DNA of 64,000 nt. It comes from Selaginella moellendorffii (lineage: Eukaryota; Plantae; Lycopodiophyta). Below are positions 43,441-56,653 of this stretch, piece after piece. A program made the translations under genes and the position numbers. The stretch lies in NCBI RefSeq assembly GCF_000143415.4, contig NW_003314343.1:372813-436812 (forward strand), written 5' to 3'. Every line of letters starts with the position of its first letter. Position 1 is the first letter of the stretch. The notes below the pieces were generated by a model that had not been told where the DNA came from, did not search any database, and saw nothing but the letters and a program-made list of their open reading frames with translations.

Positions 43441-46400
43441 AGCCTGAGAGGGTGAAAGCCCAAAGCATTCGTCTCCCAGACCCTGGGGGGTTTGGTGAGC
43501 TCCAAAAGTATAGTAGGGGGAGGACTGCAGTGGAGCCAGTTTGGCCAGGAAAGGCCAGTTTGGCCCAGGAAGGCCGGACCCAGTGTTGGGTGATGAGCTG
43601 CCCACTGGGAAGTCCAAGACTAGAGTGAACACAGACCGACAAGCGGGGTAGCTTGGTGAAGTGTTCAAGAGCCGGCTCTAGTTCCCCCGGGAGATCGACT
43701 GGCCGATGCTCCCAGTCCAAGTGTGGGTGGCACTACCTACTTGGATACCTGTCGTGGCTCAATGGAACCTCGCTCTAAGCCCATGGCTAGAGCACCTAAA
43801 GGCGGAAGGCGAGGAGAGTACCCAGGTGGCTTGCGTAAGGCCACGGTGTTTCGAAATGTTGTCCCAAAGGCCCAGACTGTGGAAAGGAAGAGGAGCAGTC
43901 CTCTGGGGTAGTGACCAAGGACACAGTCGTGTGGTGAGGAAGTCCCAGAGGACCGTGGGACTTAGTGGTCGGGCCTGTGGGTCTCGATCCAGTGGCAGTG
44001 TTGGCAAACACGGCCAGGGGCAGAAAGGGACTTAGTGGGAACTGACAGAGGGATATTGGGGAAGGCTATTCCCCTTGTCGGTGGGCATCCTAAGGATGCT
44101 AAGGAGTGGATCTGAGATGACCACTCACGGATGGTTTGCCTAGTCTTGGAGAGCCAAGACAGTGATGCAAATGGTATTGGACTACCAGTGTGGCAAAGGT
44201 GATTGGGCATGGCCTTAGCGTAACGGGCTGCTATGTCGGTGGTACCTTTGAGTGTCGGTCATGGGATCGGACACGTGGTGCACTTGGACCCAGTGCAAAT
44301 GTTAAGTGGCATGGATGCCATTCTCGGGGCTAGCAAGTCCCAAGTCCTGGATTGGACTTATGGAGGTTGTGAATGAGACTCCTCCAAGTGGTCAGAGGTG
44401 TGGTTAAGTGACTAAAGTAAGAATGGAAAATTTAGTCTCTTACATTTTGGTATCGGAGCTGTTCCTTAGTCCGACTTTTATTGGTGCTCAAGTATATCAC
44501 CACTAGTGTTGGCATCGGAAGGTCCGAGGAGTGGGCCTATCCTTGAGGAGTAGCAAGTCGGGAAGACATGGCTCTCCATTACAGTTCATGGGTGAACTTG
44601 TAGACGAGGTGGTGGATAGAAAAGGGCCAATAATGGAACGACTTTGGGATCTTGGGAACAGTGCAAGGTTTTCCTCATTGAGTTGAGGAGGTGATCCAGA
44701 TGAGCGTTTGACTCAGCAAACGGGCTAATGTAGTTGGGGTAAACAACTATAGTTGGGATCACGGGGAAGATAGAGACTCCAAAAACAATAAAGGAGTCAC
44801 AAGTTTATCCTCACATGGTTGAGGCTGGTGCTCATGAAGGTGAGACCGGAATGGATGACCGTGAGAGGTCAAGTATGGATGAGGACACGAGTCCTCGAAA
44901 TGGTAGCCGAGGCTACCTCTAATAAATGCTGGAACAACCCAAGGAGTTGGGGGTGTATTAAGTGGATGAGTTGGTATTCTCATCACATGGACAAGTAGTC
45001 CCAAGGGGCAAAGGTTGCCCCTGGAGAACAAAATCAAGTGTCGGAGTAACACTTGTGAAAATAGTCCTTTTGAGTAGGACAGGAATGCAAGAAGTGTATT
45101 CCAGTGAGCTAGGGCCTCACAAGTAGGACCTTACGGGTCTGTGGATTAACCAAGTCCAAAACTGCTGGATGACTCAAGTAGAGTCAACGGATGGTCCTAG
45201 AAGGACTGATGGAAGCATTTGGACTGAGGTGTGTTGTACCCCACAAAGGATGGGGGGGGATCATAGGATCCAAGGATGAGAACAGAGGGTATCTCATCGA
45301 TGGCAAAATGTGCCATGCTAAAGTTATGGGAAAGGTGTTCCCAGAAGAAAACAACTTTGACATAAAGTTGTGTGTGACCTCTATGGTGCAGTGCTAACGG
45401 ATGGTTGGCATGAGAAAGAGCGGTGTTCGTCTTGGCAAAGACTTAGACACGAAGGGGAAATGTCATAGAGGTAGGCTCGTGGAGCCGATGGTGTGGAGAC
45501 ACCAAATGTGCCAAGGTGTGATACCTTGAGGCTATGTTGGTGGGTTCATGAGAACCCCTTGCCAAAGGAATCCCAATGGAAATGGGAATAGCATAGCCTA
45601 AGCTGCAGAGCATGCAGTTGGAGTGTGGTGACCCAGATAATGATGGAGGTGTGAAAGCACCAAACAATGAGTTGTAGGACTTGACAACTATGGGGCAACT
45701 AAGCAAGAGATGCAAAATAACTGGTTAAACGGGTAGAAGGTAGTTACCCAAGACTTCTTAATAGCATAGGGAAGTTGGATATACCCTTACGGGGGATAAG
45801 TTGCTTGTGTTGCGATATAGTAAGTCAATGTCATAGAAGGAAATACTCATTGTCAAGAAAGCCATCATTGGGACACCCGAACACTCTAGAACACCAGAAG
45901 GTGGTGTTTGATGTCGCGAGGGCAATGGATAAAGCCCAAGGGACTAAGTCCCTAGCGAATGATGGATAGAAGGTGCTATCCAAATGTCCAAGGTTGCGGA
46001 GACAGGAGAGGACTGTCTACCCGAGTTGGACAAAGCCAAAAATGGAATTTTGGCAAGGCTAGTGATGGGCATGTAAAGGCCCATAAGCAACAATGTAATC
46101 CCAGTGTGTGGGATTATAAGGTGAGCATACCCGGATTGAGGAACCACTCCCTAGGCTATTGGGTAGGTTCATCCCTAAGAATACTTGCTAAAGCATGGTA
46201 GAAAGTGCAAAGCTATCCTCCTGATCTGGAGGAGAATGACCGAAGGAAAGGTGTGAAGCCAAAGGCAAGTAGTATTGGGATGGAACTGAACCATAGAAAT
46301 CGAAGGGCATAACCAAGGTTGGTTATGCCAGCTGGGAGTGGAGAATCAAGTGGGGGCTCGAGGGTGTTGCCGCTAGCAACCGTGATGCCATGGAGAGTCT

Positions 46401-46929
46401 AAGTTATGGAATTGTCCATGTTAGACTATGTGGCATTTGGAAGGCTTGCAAAAGGGAGGCCTTAGCAAGCTGAGGGACAGAGTTCCTTCAAGGTTCCCAA
46501 AGACGATTCTAGGTAGCTTAGTACCTAGAAAGGCCAAGTGTAAATGGTTCATGGAACGCGCGAAATCAGAGTGGCGCAGCAAAAGCGTGGTCTTGAAGCT
46601 TGCCATGAGGCAAGGCTATCAAGGTTAGGGAAGTAGTTCCCGAGTGTTCAAAGAGAGGGCTTTGAACGAAAGTCGATGGTCAAGGACTTTCACGCTTATG
46701 CAGGAACCATGTTACAGTGGTCGGAGAACTTGCCAAGCGAGATTGGCACGTCGGGGGAACAAATACCCTAGTTGAAGGTGATAACTTCAAAAAGGGTGGG
46801 CCATGGGGCCGAGCATGGAGGAGTCCATGCATGATCACAGATATGTCAAGTGAGGGGACTTGGCAGTGTGGGGGAACTAGGTTCCTAAGCTGTGATCTGT
46901 AGCGCGCTTTAAAAATAAGTTGGTGCACC

Positions 46930-47330
46930 GGCGTGGGGAGTCACGCCAGGCATCTTGTGTGATGCCGTCCGTAGATGCATATACGGAGGTTGGGTTCGAG
47001 TCCCGACCCTCTAGTGCTTGGGTTCGAGTCCCAAATCACTAGGGCGTGGTGATGGTTTGGAATATGAGGACACTCATATTTCGGTGGTCATGGACTCTCA
47101 GTGGGGAGACTGGTTTGGGCACACCGCCAAGCGAGGGATGCCTCGGAGTCGTGATGCACGGTTAGATTGCTTAGTGTGAAAGCTCGGCATATCTAACTTG
47201 AACGCTTTGGTGCGAGTGGCACCAAGGACGTGGTGAGTGAGATGGGGACACCTAATCTCAGTTGCTATGGACCCTTAGCTGGAAGGGCTGGCTTGGGCGC
47301 ACCGCCAAGTGTGGGGGATGCCCCCGGGGT
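46930..47330 (+). ncRNA. Family-A copy of the conserved structured RNA element (also at about 19650-20040)
   Basis: GGGTTCGAGTCCC at 46992-47004 and 47020-47032; two GACA-loop modules. Confidence 0.65.
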
Positions 47331-50300
47331 CGTAGTTAACAAATTAAAGGTCTGGAAGACCTAGTACCTATTGGCAAACCTGTTAAGGTGCCGAGGTGAG
47401 ATCACTAGGTGATCTTGTGGCTAAATAAGGACAAGGTCCTTGTTTGGGTTAAGGAATAAGGTTCCTAGTTCAAAGTGTTGATTTGAACTATTGATGATGG
47501 TGTGGCTTGGTCAAGGTGACCAAGTGGGAAAAGCACCCTAGGGAAACGAGCTATGTCATTGCGATGGCATAGTGTGTCCAAGGAAAGTAGTCTCTAAAGA
47601 GACCCATGGGAGGGTCACAAAGTTGGGCCGTGGATAGAGCCCACAGCAGAAGATGCTAAAGAGACTTACTAGGGGCGAACACCCTAGTCTTGGCAAAGCA
47701 GAGCCTTTGCTAAGGAATCACAAGAATACCTCAAGGAGGGAGGTAGAGATTCGATGTTGCTTGGTGCAACAATCAATGGATAGGAGCAAAAGATGAGTGG
47801 CCAAGATAGGGCCGTGGAATCCCTTGGAAGGAATCCAAGTGACAAAGTTAGGCGAGGAACACTAATGTGTTGGACGCTAACAAGTTGCGAGAAAGGAAGT
47901 GTGTTTCCAAGGAGGGATTCCGAAATGCTCCGATTTGGCGAAAGTGGAAGCTCCAAGGGAGGGAGCAGTAAGGTAGCCAAATGATAGGGCCATGAACAGC
48001 CCTAGCACAAAGTATGATAACTGGAACTTTGGCACGAAATAGAAGAGAGGATGATGGTGCCCTCGAGTAGAGAACTTCCTAGGATGGGAAGTGGAGTTGC
48101 ACAAAAAGGTGCAAGGCAAGGTGTCGGAGACACCTAGGAAATTGACTCCAAGAAGTCAAAATTCAAAGTTCCAAAGTGCAAAGGTTATATCGATGGAAAT
48201 CGAGACTACTCGAGAAAGAGTAGTGGGATTGACTTAGAGAAGGGCCTCTAAGAGGTTTAGCGAGGACTAAACAAATAAAAGGAGAGAACCACTACATGTG
48301 GTCCAACCAATCTCTAAGTTGGAGAGACTACCCTCCTTAGAGGATAGGCAAGGCATGATGAGCCTTTGGTGTCAAACCATAGAGGCCTATGCAAAAGGCA
48401 TGGTGAGCCTTCAATGTTAAACCATTGACGAATATGGAGAAGGCATGGTGAGCCTTCAATGTCAAACCATTGACAAATATTGGCTAGGTGCCAAGGATGG
48501 AAATGGTAACACACGCGAGTGTTACTTTACAAAATGGTTTACCGTTCGATGAGGACATCGAACTTCGTCTATGGGTGGTGGAGTTGTGAGACACAAAATC
48601 CCTAGGCCCCAAAGTGGAGCCGGAAGGGCGCCACATGGTAGTGGCCGAAGCGAGAGCCAAACGAGCGTAACACGTTTGGACCAAAAGCTCCGACTTGAAA
48701 AGTCAAGAGCGGGAGTGGAACTCCCAACGAAGTGCTCGAGGAACGAGCACGAAGCGAGCAAAAGGCGAGGCTCTAAAAAAGGGACCCAAAAGGACAAACA
48801 CATGACACGTGGGAGTGTCCGAGATGGACTCGAGTTGGAGTCCGAAGTGGAGTCCGAGATGGACCCGAGTTGGAGTCCGAAGTGGAGTCCGAGATGGACC
48901 CGAGTTGGAGTCCGAAGTGGAGTCCGAGATGGACCCGAGATGGAGTCCGAGATGGAGTCCGAGATGGAGTCCGAGATGGAGTCCAAGGTGGACCCGAGAT
49001 GGACCCGAAATGGAGTCCGAGATGGAGTCCGAGATGGACCCGAGATGGAACCCGAGATGGAGTCCGAGATGGACCCGAGATGGAGTCCGAGGTGGACCCG
49101 AGATGGACCCGAAATGGAGTCCGAGATGGAGTCCGAGATGGACCCGAGATGGACCCGAGATGGACCCGAGATGGAGTCCGAGATGGAGTCCGAGATGGAG
49201 TCCGAGATGGAGTCCGAAGTCGAGACCGAGACCGGGACCGAGACTGAGACCGAGACCGAGATCGGGACCGAGACCGAGACCGAGGCCGAGGCCGAGACCG
49301 AGCCCGAGCCCGAGTCCGAGTCCGAATCCGAGTCCGAGTCCGAGTCCGAGTCCGAGTCCGAGTCCGGAGCCTGAGAGGGTGAAAGCCCAAAGCGTTCGTC
49401 TCCCAGACCCTGGGGGGTTTGGTGAGCTCCAAAAGTATAGTAGGGGGAGGACTGCAGTGGAGCCAGTTTGGCCAGGAAAGGCCAGTTTGGCCCAGGAAGG
49501 CCGGACCCAGTGTTGGGTGATGAGCTGCCCACTGGGAAGTCCAAGACTAGAGTGAACACAGACCGACAAGCGGGGTAGCTTGGTGAAGTGTTCAAGAGCC
49601 GGCTCTAGTTCCCCCGGGAGATCGACTGGCCGATGCTCCCAGTCCAAGTGTGGGTGGCACTACCTACTTGGATACCTGTCGTGGCTCAATGGAACCTCGC
49701 TCTAAGCCCATGGCTAGAGCACCTAAAGGCGGAAGGCGAGGAGAGTACCCAGGTGGCTTGCGTAAGGCCACGGTGTTTCGAAATGTTGTCCCAAAGGCCC
49801 AGACTGTGGAAAGGAAGAGGAGCAGTCCTCTGGGGTAGTGACCAAGGACACAGTCGTGTGGTGAGGAAGTCCCAGAGGACCGTGGGACTTAGTGGTCGGG
49901 CCTGTGGGTCTCGATCCAGTGGCAGTGTTGGCAAACACGGCCAGGGGCAGAAAGGGACTTAGTGGGAACTGACAGAGGGATATTGGGGAAGGCTATTCCC
50001 CTTGTCGGTGGGCATCCTAAGGATGCTAAGGAGTGGATCTGAGATGACCACTCACGGATGGTTTGCCTAGTCTTGGAGAGCCAAGACAGTGATGCAAATG
50101 GTATTGGACTACCAGTGTGGCAAAGGTGATTGGGCATGGCCTTAGCGTAACGGGCTGCTATGTCGGTGGTACCTTTGAGTGTCGGTCATGGGATCGGACA
50201 CGTGGTGCACTTGGACCCAGTGCAAATGTTAAGTGGCATGGATGCCATTCTCGGGGCTAGCAAGTCCCAAGTCCTGGATTGGACTTATGGAGGTTGTGAA

Positions 50301-53300
50301 TGAGACTCCTCCAAGTGGTCAGAGGTGTGGTTAAGTGACTAAAGTAAGAATGGAAAATTTAGTCTCTTACAGGGGGCTGTGGGGGGTTCCAAAAGTATAG
50401 TAGGGAGAGTGTGGGGGTTGAAGCCTAGTGGAGCTAGTTTGGCTAGGAAAGGCCAGTTTGGCCCAGGAAGGCCATACCCAGTGTTGGGTGATGAGTTGAC
50501 TACTAGAAAGTCCAAGACTAGAATGAATACGGACCGACAAATGGGGTAGCTTGGTGAAATGTTCAAGAGCCGGCTCTAATTCCCCCGGGAGATCGAATGG
50601 TCAATGCTCCTAGTCTAAGTGTGGGTGGCACTACCTACTTGGACATCTGTCATGACTCAACGGAACCTCGCTCTAAGCTCATGGCTAGAGCACCCAAAGC
50701 TGGAAGGCAGGGAGAGTACCCATGAGGCTCGTGTAGGCCATGGTATTCCCAAATGTTGTCCCAAAGGCCCAGACTGTGGAAATGAAGAGGAGTAGTCTTC
50801 TGGTGTAGTGACCAAGGATACAGTTGGGTGGTGAGGAAGTCTCAAAGGACTGTGGGACTTAATGGTCGGGCCTGTGGGCCTCAATTCAGTGGCAGTGTTA
50901 GCGAACACGGCCATGAGTAAAAAGGGACTTAGTGGGGACCGGAAAAAGGATATTGGGGAAGGTTATTCCCCATGTTTGTGAGAATCCTAAGGATGCTAAG
51001 GAGTGGATTAGGGATGAGCACTCATGGACAGATGGCCCAATCTTTGAGAGACGGAACTGTGATGTAGGTGGTGTTAGACCATCGGTGTGACCAAGGTGAA
51101 TGGGCATGGCCTTAGCATAATAGGCTGATATGTCAGAGGTACCTTGGGGTGTCAGTCATAGGATCAGACATGTGAAGCACTTAGACCAAGTGTAATGGTT
51201 AAGTGGTATGGATGTCATTTTTGGGGCTAGCAAATCCCTATGTCTAAAATGGGACTTACAGAGGTTGTGAGTGAAACTTCTCCAAGTGGTTGGAGTTATG
51301 GTTAAGTGACTAAAGTAAAATGGAAAATTTAGGTGCTTATAACTTGGTATTAGAGTTGTTCCTTAGTCCAACTTTTATTGGTGCTCAAGTATATCACTGC
51401 TGGTGTTAGCATTGGAAGGTCCTAGGGGTGGGCCTATCCTTGAGGAGTAGCAGGTCAGGAAGACATGACTCTCCACTACAGTTCATGTGTGAACTTGTAG
51501 GTGGGGTGGTGGATAGAAAAGGGTCAATAATGGAACGACTTTGGGATATTGGCAACAGTATAAGGTTTCCTCAGAGAGCTGAGGATGTGATCCAGATGAG
51601 CATTTGACACAATAAACGGGCTAATGTAGTTGTGGTAAACAACTATAGTTGGGATCACGGGAAAGATGCAGACTCCAAAACAATAAAGGAGTCACAAGAT
51701 TACCCTCATATAGTTGAGGCTGGTGCTTATAAATTTGAGATCGGAATTGATGACCGTGGGAGGTCAAATACCACATAAGTCCTTGAAATGGTAGCCGGGG
51801 CTACCTCTAATAAATGTTAGAACAACCCAAGGAGTTGAGGGTGTACTCAGAGGATGAGTTGGTATTCTCATCATATGGACAAGTGGTCCTGAGGGGCAAA
51901 AGGTTGCCCCAAGAGAACAAATTAAGTGTCAAAGTAACACTTGCAAAGATAATCCTTGTGAGTAGGATCTGAATACAAGAAGTTGTATTTTAGTGAGCTG
52001 ACACTTCAAAGGTAGGACCTTACGGGTTGTCGAATGACAAAGTCCAAAAAGCTGGATGACTCAAATAGAGTCAAAAAATAATCCTAAAGGAGTGATGGAA
52101 GCATTTGGACTGAGGTGTGTTGTACCCCATAAAGGATGGTGGGGATCATAGGATCCCAGTATGAGAATAGAGGGTATCTCATCAATGGCAGAATGTGCCA
52201 TACTAAAGTCGTGAGAAAAGTGTTCCCCAAAAAGAAAGCAACTTTGACATAAAGTTGTGTGTGAACATTATGGTGCAGTGCTAACTGATAGTTGGCATGA
52301 GAAGCGACTGCTTTGGTCTTGGCAAAGACCCCAACACAAATGGGGAGTGTCGTAAAGGTAAACTTGTAGAGCCGAGGGTGTGGAGACATCAAATCTGCCA
52401 AGGCATGTTGCCTTGAGGTCAAGTTGGTGGGTTTATGAGAACCCGTTCCCAGAGGAATCCTAATGGAAATGGGAATGGCATTGCCTAAGCTAGAAGGCAT
52501 GCAGTTAGAATGTGGTGACCCAGATAATGATGGAGGTGTGAAAGCACTAAACAATGAGTTGTAGGACTTGACAACTATAGGGCAACTAAGCAAAAGGTGC
52601 AAGATAATTGGTTAAACGAGTAGAAGGTAACTACCTAAGACTTCTTAATGGCATAAAGAAGTTAAATATACCCTTACAGGGTTTAAATTGCTTATGTTGC
52701 AATATAATGAGTCAGTGTCATAAAAGGAAATGCTTATTGTCAAGGAGGGCATCATTGAGACACCCAAACACTCTAGAACACCAGGAGGTGGTGTTTAGTG
52801 TCGTGAGGGCAATAAATAAGGCATAAGGGACTAAGTCCTTAACAAATGATGGATAGAAGGTGTTATCCAAACGTCCAAGGTTGCGGAGACAAGAGAAGAC
52901 TGTCTACTCGAATTGGACAAAGCCAAAATGGAATTGTGGCAAGGCTAGCGATAGGCATATAAAAGCCCATAAGTAGCAACATTAATCCCGATGTATGGGA
53001 TTATAAGTTGAGCATACCCGGATTGAGGAATCACTCCCTATGCTATCGGGTAGGTTCATCCTTAAGAATACTTGCTACGGCATAATAGAAAGTGCAAAGA
53101 AATCCTCCTAGTTTGGAGGAAAATAACTGAAGGAAAAGTGTGAGGCCAAAAACAAGTAGTAAAGGGATAGAACCAAACCATAAGAATTGAATTGCATAAC
53201 TAATGGTGGTTATGCCAATTGGGAGTGGAGAATCAAGTGCTCAAGCATGTTGTTGCTAACGATCGGGATGCCATAGAGAGTATAAAACATGGGAAATTCC

Positions 53301-56176
53301 ATGTTAGACCATATGGCAATTGAAAAGTTTGCGAAAGGAGAGGCTTTAGCAAGTTAAGGAACAGAGTTCCTTGAAGGTTCCCCTAGGTAAATAAGTATTT
53401 AGAAATCTGAGGTTAAGGGATAAGGTTCTTAGTTCAAAGTGTTGATTTGAACTATTAATGATGGTGTGGCTTGGTCAAAGTGACCAAGTAAGAACACCTA
53501 AGGGAAATGATCTGTGGCAGTGCGATGGCATAGTGAGTCCGAAGAAAGTAATCTTTATAAGAAACCCATGGGAGGGTCACAAAGTTGGGCTAGGGATAGA
53601 GCCTACAGCAAAAAATGCTAAAGAGACTTACTAGGGGTGAACACCCTCTGAACTTAGCAAAATAAAGTTTTTGCTATGGAACCGAAAGGATACCTTGAGA
53701 ATGGAGGTAGCGATCAAATATTGGTAAGTGCAACAATCAAGGATAGGAACAAAAAAACTAGTGGCTAAGAAAAGAGCCATAGGAATCATGGGAAAGAATC
53801 CAAAAAGGTAAAGTTAGGCCAAGAACACTAATGTGTTGAGTGCTAACGAATTGTGAGAAAGGCAATGTGTTCCCAAGGATGAATTTCAATTGCTCCGATT
53901 TGGCAAAAATGGAAGCTCTAAGGTAGGGAGCGATAAGGTAGCCAAATAATAAGGCCATGGACAGCCTTAGCATAAATTATGATAATTGGAACTTAGTGCC
54001 CAAGGTGGCACGAAATAGAAAAGAGGATGATAGTGCCCTCAAGTAGAGAACTTCTTAGGATAGGGAAGTGGAGTTGCACAATATGTGTAATGCAAGGTGT
54101 CAGAGACATCTAAGAAATTGACTTCAAGAAATCAAAAATAAAAGTTCCAAAGTGCAAAGGTTATATCGATAGAAATTAAGACTACTTGAGAAGGAGTAAT
54201 GGATTGAGATAAAGACAGTATCTCTAACAGGTTTAACAAGGACTAAACCAATAAACAGAGAGAACCACCACAAGTGGTCGAATAAGTCTCTAAGTTGGAG
54301 AGATTATGCTCTTTAGAGGATGGGCAAGGCATGGTGAACCTTCAGTATCAAACCATTGACAAATATTGGTGAGTTGCCAAGAATGGAAAGGGTAATACAT
54401 GTTAGTATTACTTTATGAAATACTTTATCGTTCAATAAGGACATCAAACTTTGTCTATAAGTGGTGGAGTTCTGAGACACAAAATCCCTAGGCCCCAAAA
54501 GGGGAGCCGGAAGGGTGCCACGTGATAGTGGCTGAAGCAAAAGCCAAACGAGCGTAACACGTTTGGACCAAAAGCTCTGACTTGAAATGTCAAGAGTGGG
54601 AGTGGAACTCTCAATAAAGGGCTTGAGGAACAAACATGAAGTGAGCAACGAGTAAGTCTCTAGAAAAGGGACACAAGAGGACCAGAATATAACATGTGGA
54701 AGTGTCCGAGATGGACCCGAGATGGAGTCTGAGATGGAGTCCGAGATGGAGTCCGAGATGGAGTTCGAGATGGACCCAAGATGGACCCGAGATGAAGTCC
54801 GAGATGGACCTGAGATGGAGTCTGAGATGTAGTCCGAGATAGAGTCTGAGATGAACCCGAGATGGAGTCCGAGATGGAACTAGGACCGAGACTGAGACCG
54901 AGTCCGAGTCCGAGACTGGGACCAAGTCCAAGTTCAAATCTGAGTCCGAGTCCGAATACTAATACAGGCAGTTGGGTGAAAGCCCAAAGCAATCGTCCCC
55001 CAAAGGGGAGGGGGGGGGGGGGCTGTGGGGGGTTCCAAAAGTATAGTAGGGAGAGTGTGGGGTGTGGGGGTTGGAGCCCAATGGAGCTAGTTTGGCCCAG
55101 CAAAGCCATACCCAGTGTTGGGTGATGAGCTGACCACTAAGAAATCCAAGACTAGAGTGAATACGAACCGATAAGTGGGGTAGCTTGGTGAAGTGTTCAA
55201 GAGCCCACTCTAATTCCCCCAGGAGATCGAATAGTCAATGCTCCTAGTCCAAGTGTGGGTGGCACTACCTACTTGGACACCTGGCGTGGCTCAATAGAAC
55301 CTCGCTCTGAGCCCATGGCTAGAGCACCCAAAGGTGGAAGGCGGGGAGAGTACCCATGAGGCTCGCGTAGGCCACAGTGTTCCCAAATGTTGTCCCAAAA
55401 GCCTAGATTGTGAAAAGGAAGAGGAGTAGTCCTTTGGTGTAGTGACCAAGGATACAGTTGGGTGGTAAGGAAGTCCCAAAGGACCGTAGGACTTAATGGT
55501 CAGGCCTGTGGGCCTCAATCTAGTGGCAGTGTTAGCGAACATAGCTATGAGCAAAAAGGGACTTAGTGGGGACTAAAAAAGGGATATTGGGGAAGGCTAT
55601 TCCCCATGTTTGTGGGCATCCTAAGGATGCTAAGGAATGGATCTAGGATGATCACTCATGGATGGATGGCTCAGTCTTTGAGAGACGGGACTGTGATGTA
55701 TGTGGTGTCAGACTACCGGTGTGACTAAAGTGAATGGGCATGGCCTTAGCGTAACAAGCTGATATGTCAGTGGTACCTTGGGGTATCAGTCATGGGATCG
55801 GACACGTGGAGCACTTGGACCAAGTGCAATGGTTGAGTGGCATGGATGTCATTCTTGGGGCTAACAAATCCCTAAGTCCAAAATGGGACTTACGGAGGTT
55901 GTGAGTGAGACTCCTCCAAGTGGTTGGAGGTGTGGTTAAGTGACTAGAGTAGAATGGAAAATTTAGTTGCTTACAAGGAGTCGTCGATGGTGACAACAAC
56001 TGATACTTCTCCGATGATGACAGCTGATACTTCTCTCTGAAAAATTTTTTATAAAAGAAGAAAAGAGAAAAGAAAAACTTACCTTCTTCCGCTGTAACTT
56101 CTTTCACTCAATTTAGCTTTCAGCTTGTTTTGGAAACTAATATCAGCTTCAAAAGAAAAAAAACCAAAATAAAGAG

Positions 56177-56653
56177 TGTAAGCCACAAATTTTTCCATTC
56201 CAATTTGCCAGCTTACCTCGTCTATCCGACCAACACTGCCTTGGCTTGTGCTAAGTTCCCTTGCCAAGGTTCTCGCCTATTGTACCAGCTCCTACTTGGT
56301 CCTACTTGGTTTCAGCTACTCACTGCATGAGCAACGGAGTGTTACCCATCCATCTACGGATTCCCAAATCTCTCCCAATCCCCCTCCCTGGGTTAGACTG
56401 GACTTAAGGTTCGGCTACACTCCCCGCAGGCACAAGCAGCCAAGCACACCAAGCCTCTAGGTTCCTAACACCCCTTGATACAACAAGACTTGATCATGGG
56501 ACCCTCTAAATCCCAAGCCTTGGGTGCAGCATTTGCTTCAGGACGTCGGGGCGAAACACCATGGCCTAACGGCCCGGTATGGGTACCTCTACCCCCCTCA
56601 CTTCCATCCCGAAGGGAAGGCCCAAGCCCCTAGGAAGGGTGAGGACCAATGAG
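56177..56653 (-). mobile_element. Partial LTR of the element-C family
   Basis: TGTAAGCCACAAATTTTTCC... matches 24068-24533. Confidence 0.92.

Larger units (their letters stand above)
42647..50371 (+). mobile_element. Family-A element A3 (young, complete, non-coding): LTRs 42647-44444 and 48585-50371
   Basis: TSD GGGGG; PBS TGGTATCGGAGC 44448-44459; PPT ATGGGTGGTGGAGT; LTRs differ by one 11-bp repeat unit and very few substitutions. Confidence 0.95.
41997..55975 (+). mobile_element. Family-A element A4 (older host): 5' LTR 41997-42646 + 50377-51341, 3' LTR 54471-55975
   Basis: TSD GGGAG/AGGAG, degenerate PBS at 51345, PPT before 54471, internal deletion near 53400. Confidence 0.9.

Noticed and set aside
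43585-43625. Hammerhead ribozyme (retrozyme) in the family-A LTR: GTGATGAG-stem
   Set aside because: It lacks the CTGA start and the GAAA core, and is not conserved in the other LTR copies.
42545-43720. Long ORFs (up to 391 aa) rich in GL, SD, RT or SP repeats, also near 21300-21900, 24850-25150, 48500-49650 and 54600-55100
   Set aside because: They are read-throughs of LTR minisatellites open in several frames on both strands, not genes.
46925-47035. Bona fide tRNA gene
   Set aside because: T-arm motifs are present, but I find no consistent 7-bp acceptor stem, canonical D-loop/A-box or 7-nt anticodon loop; reported as a structured element instead.
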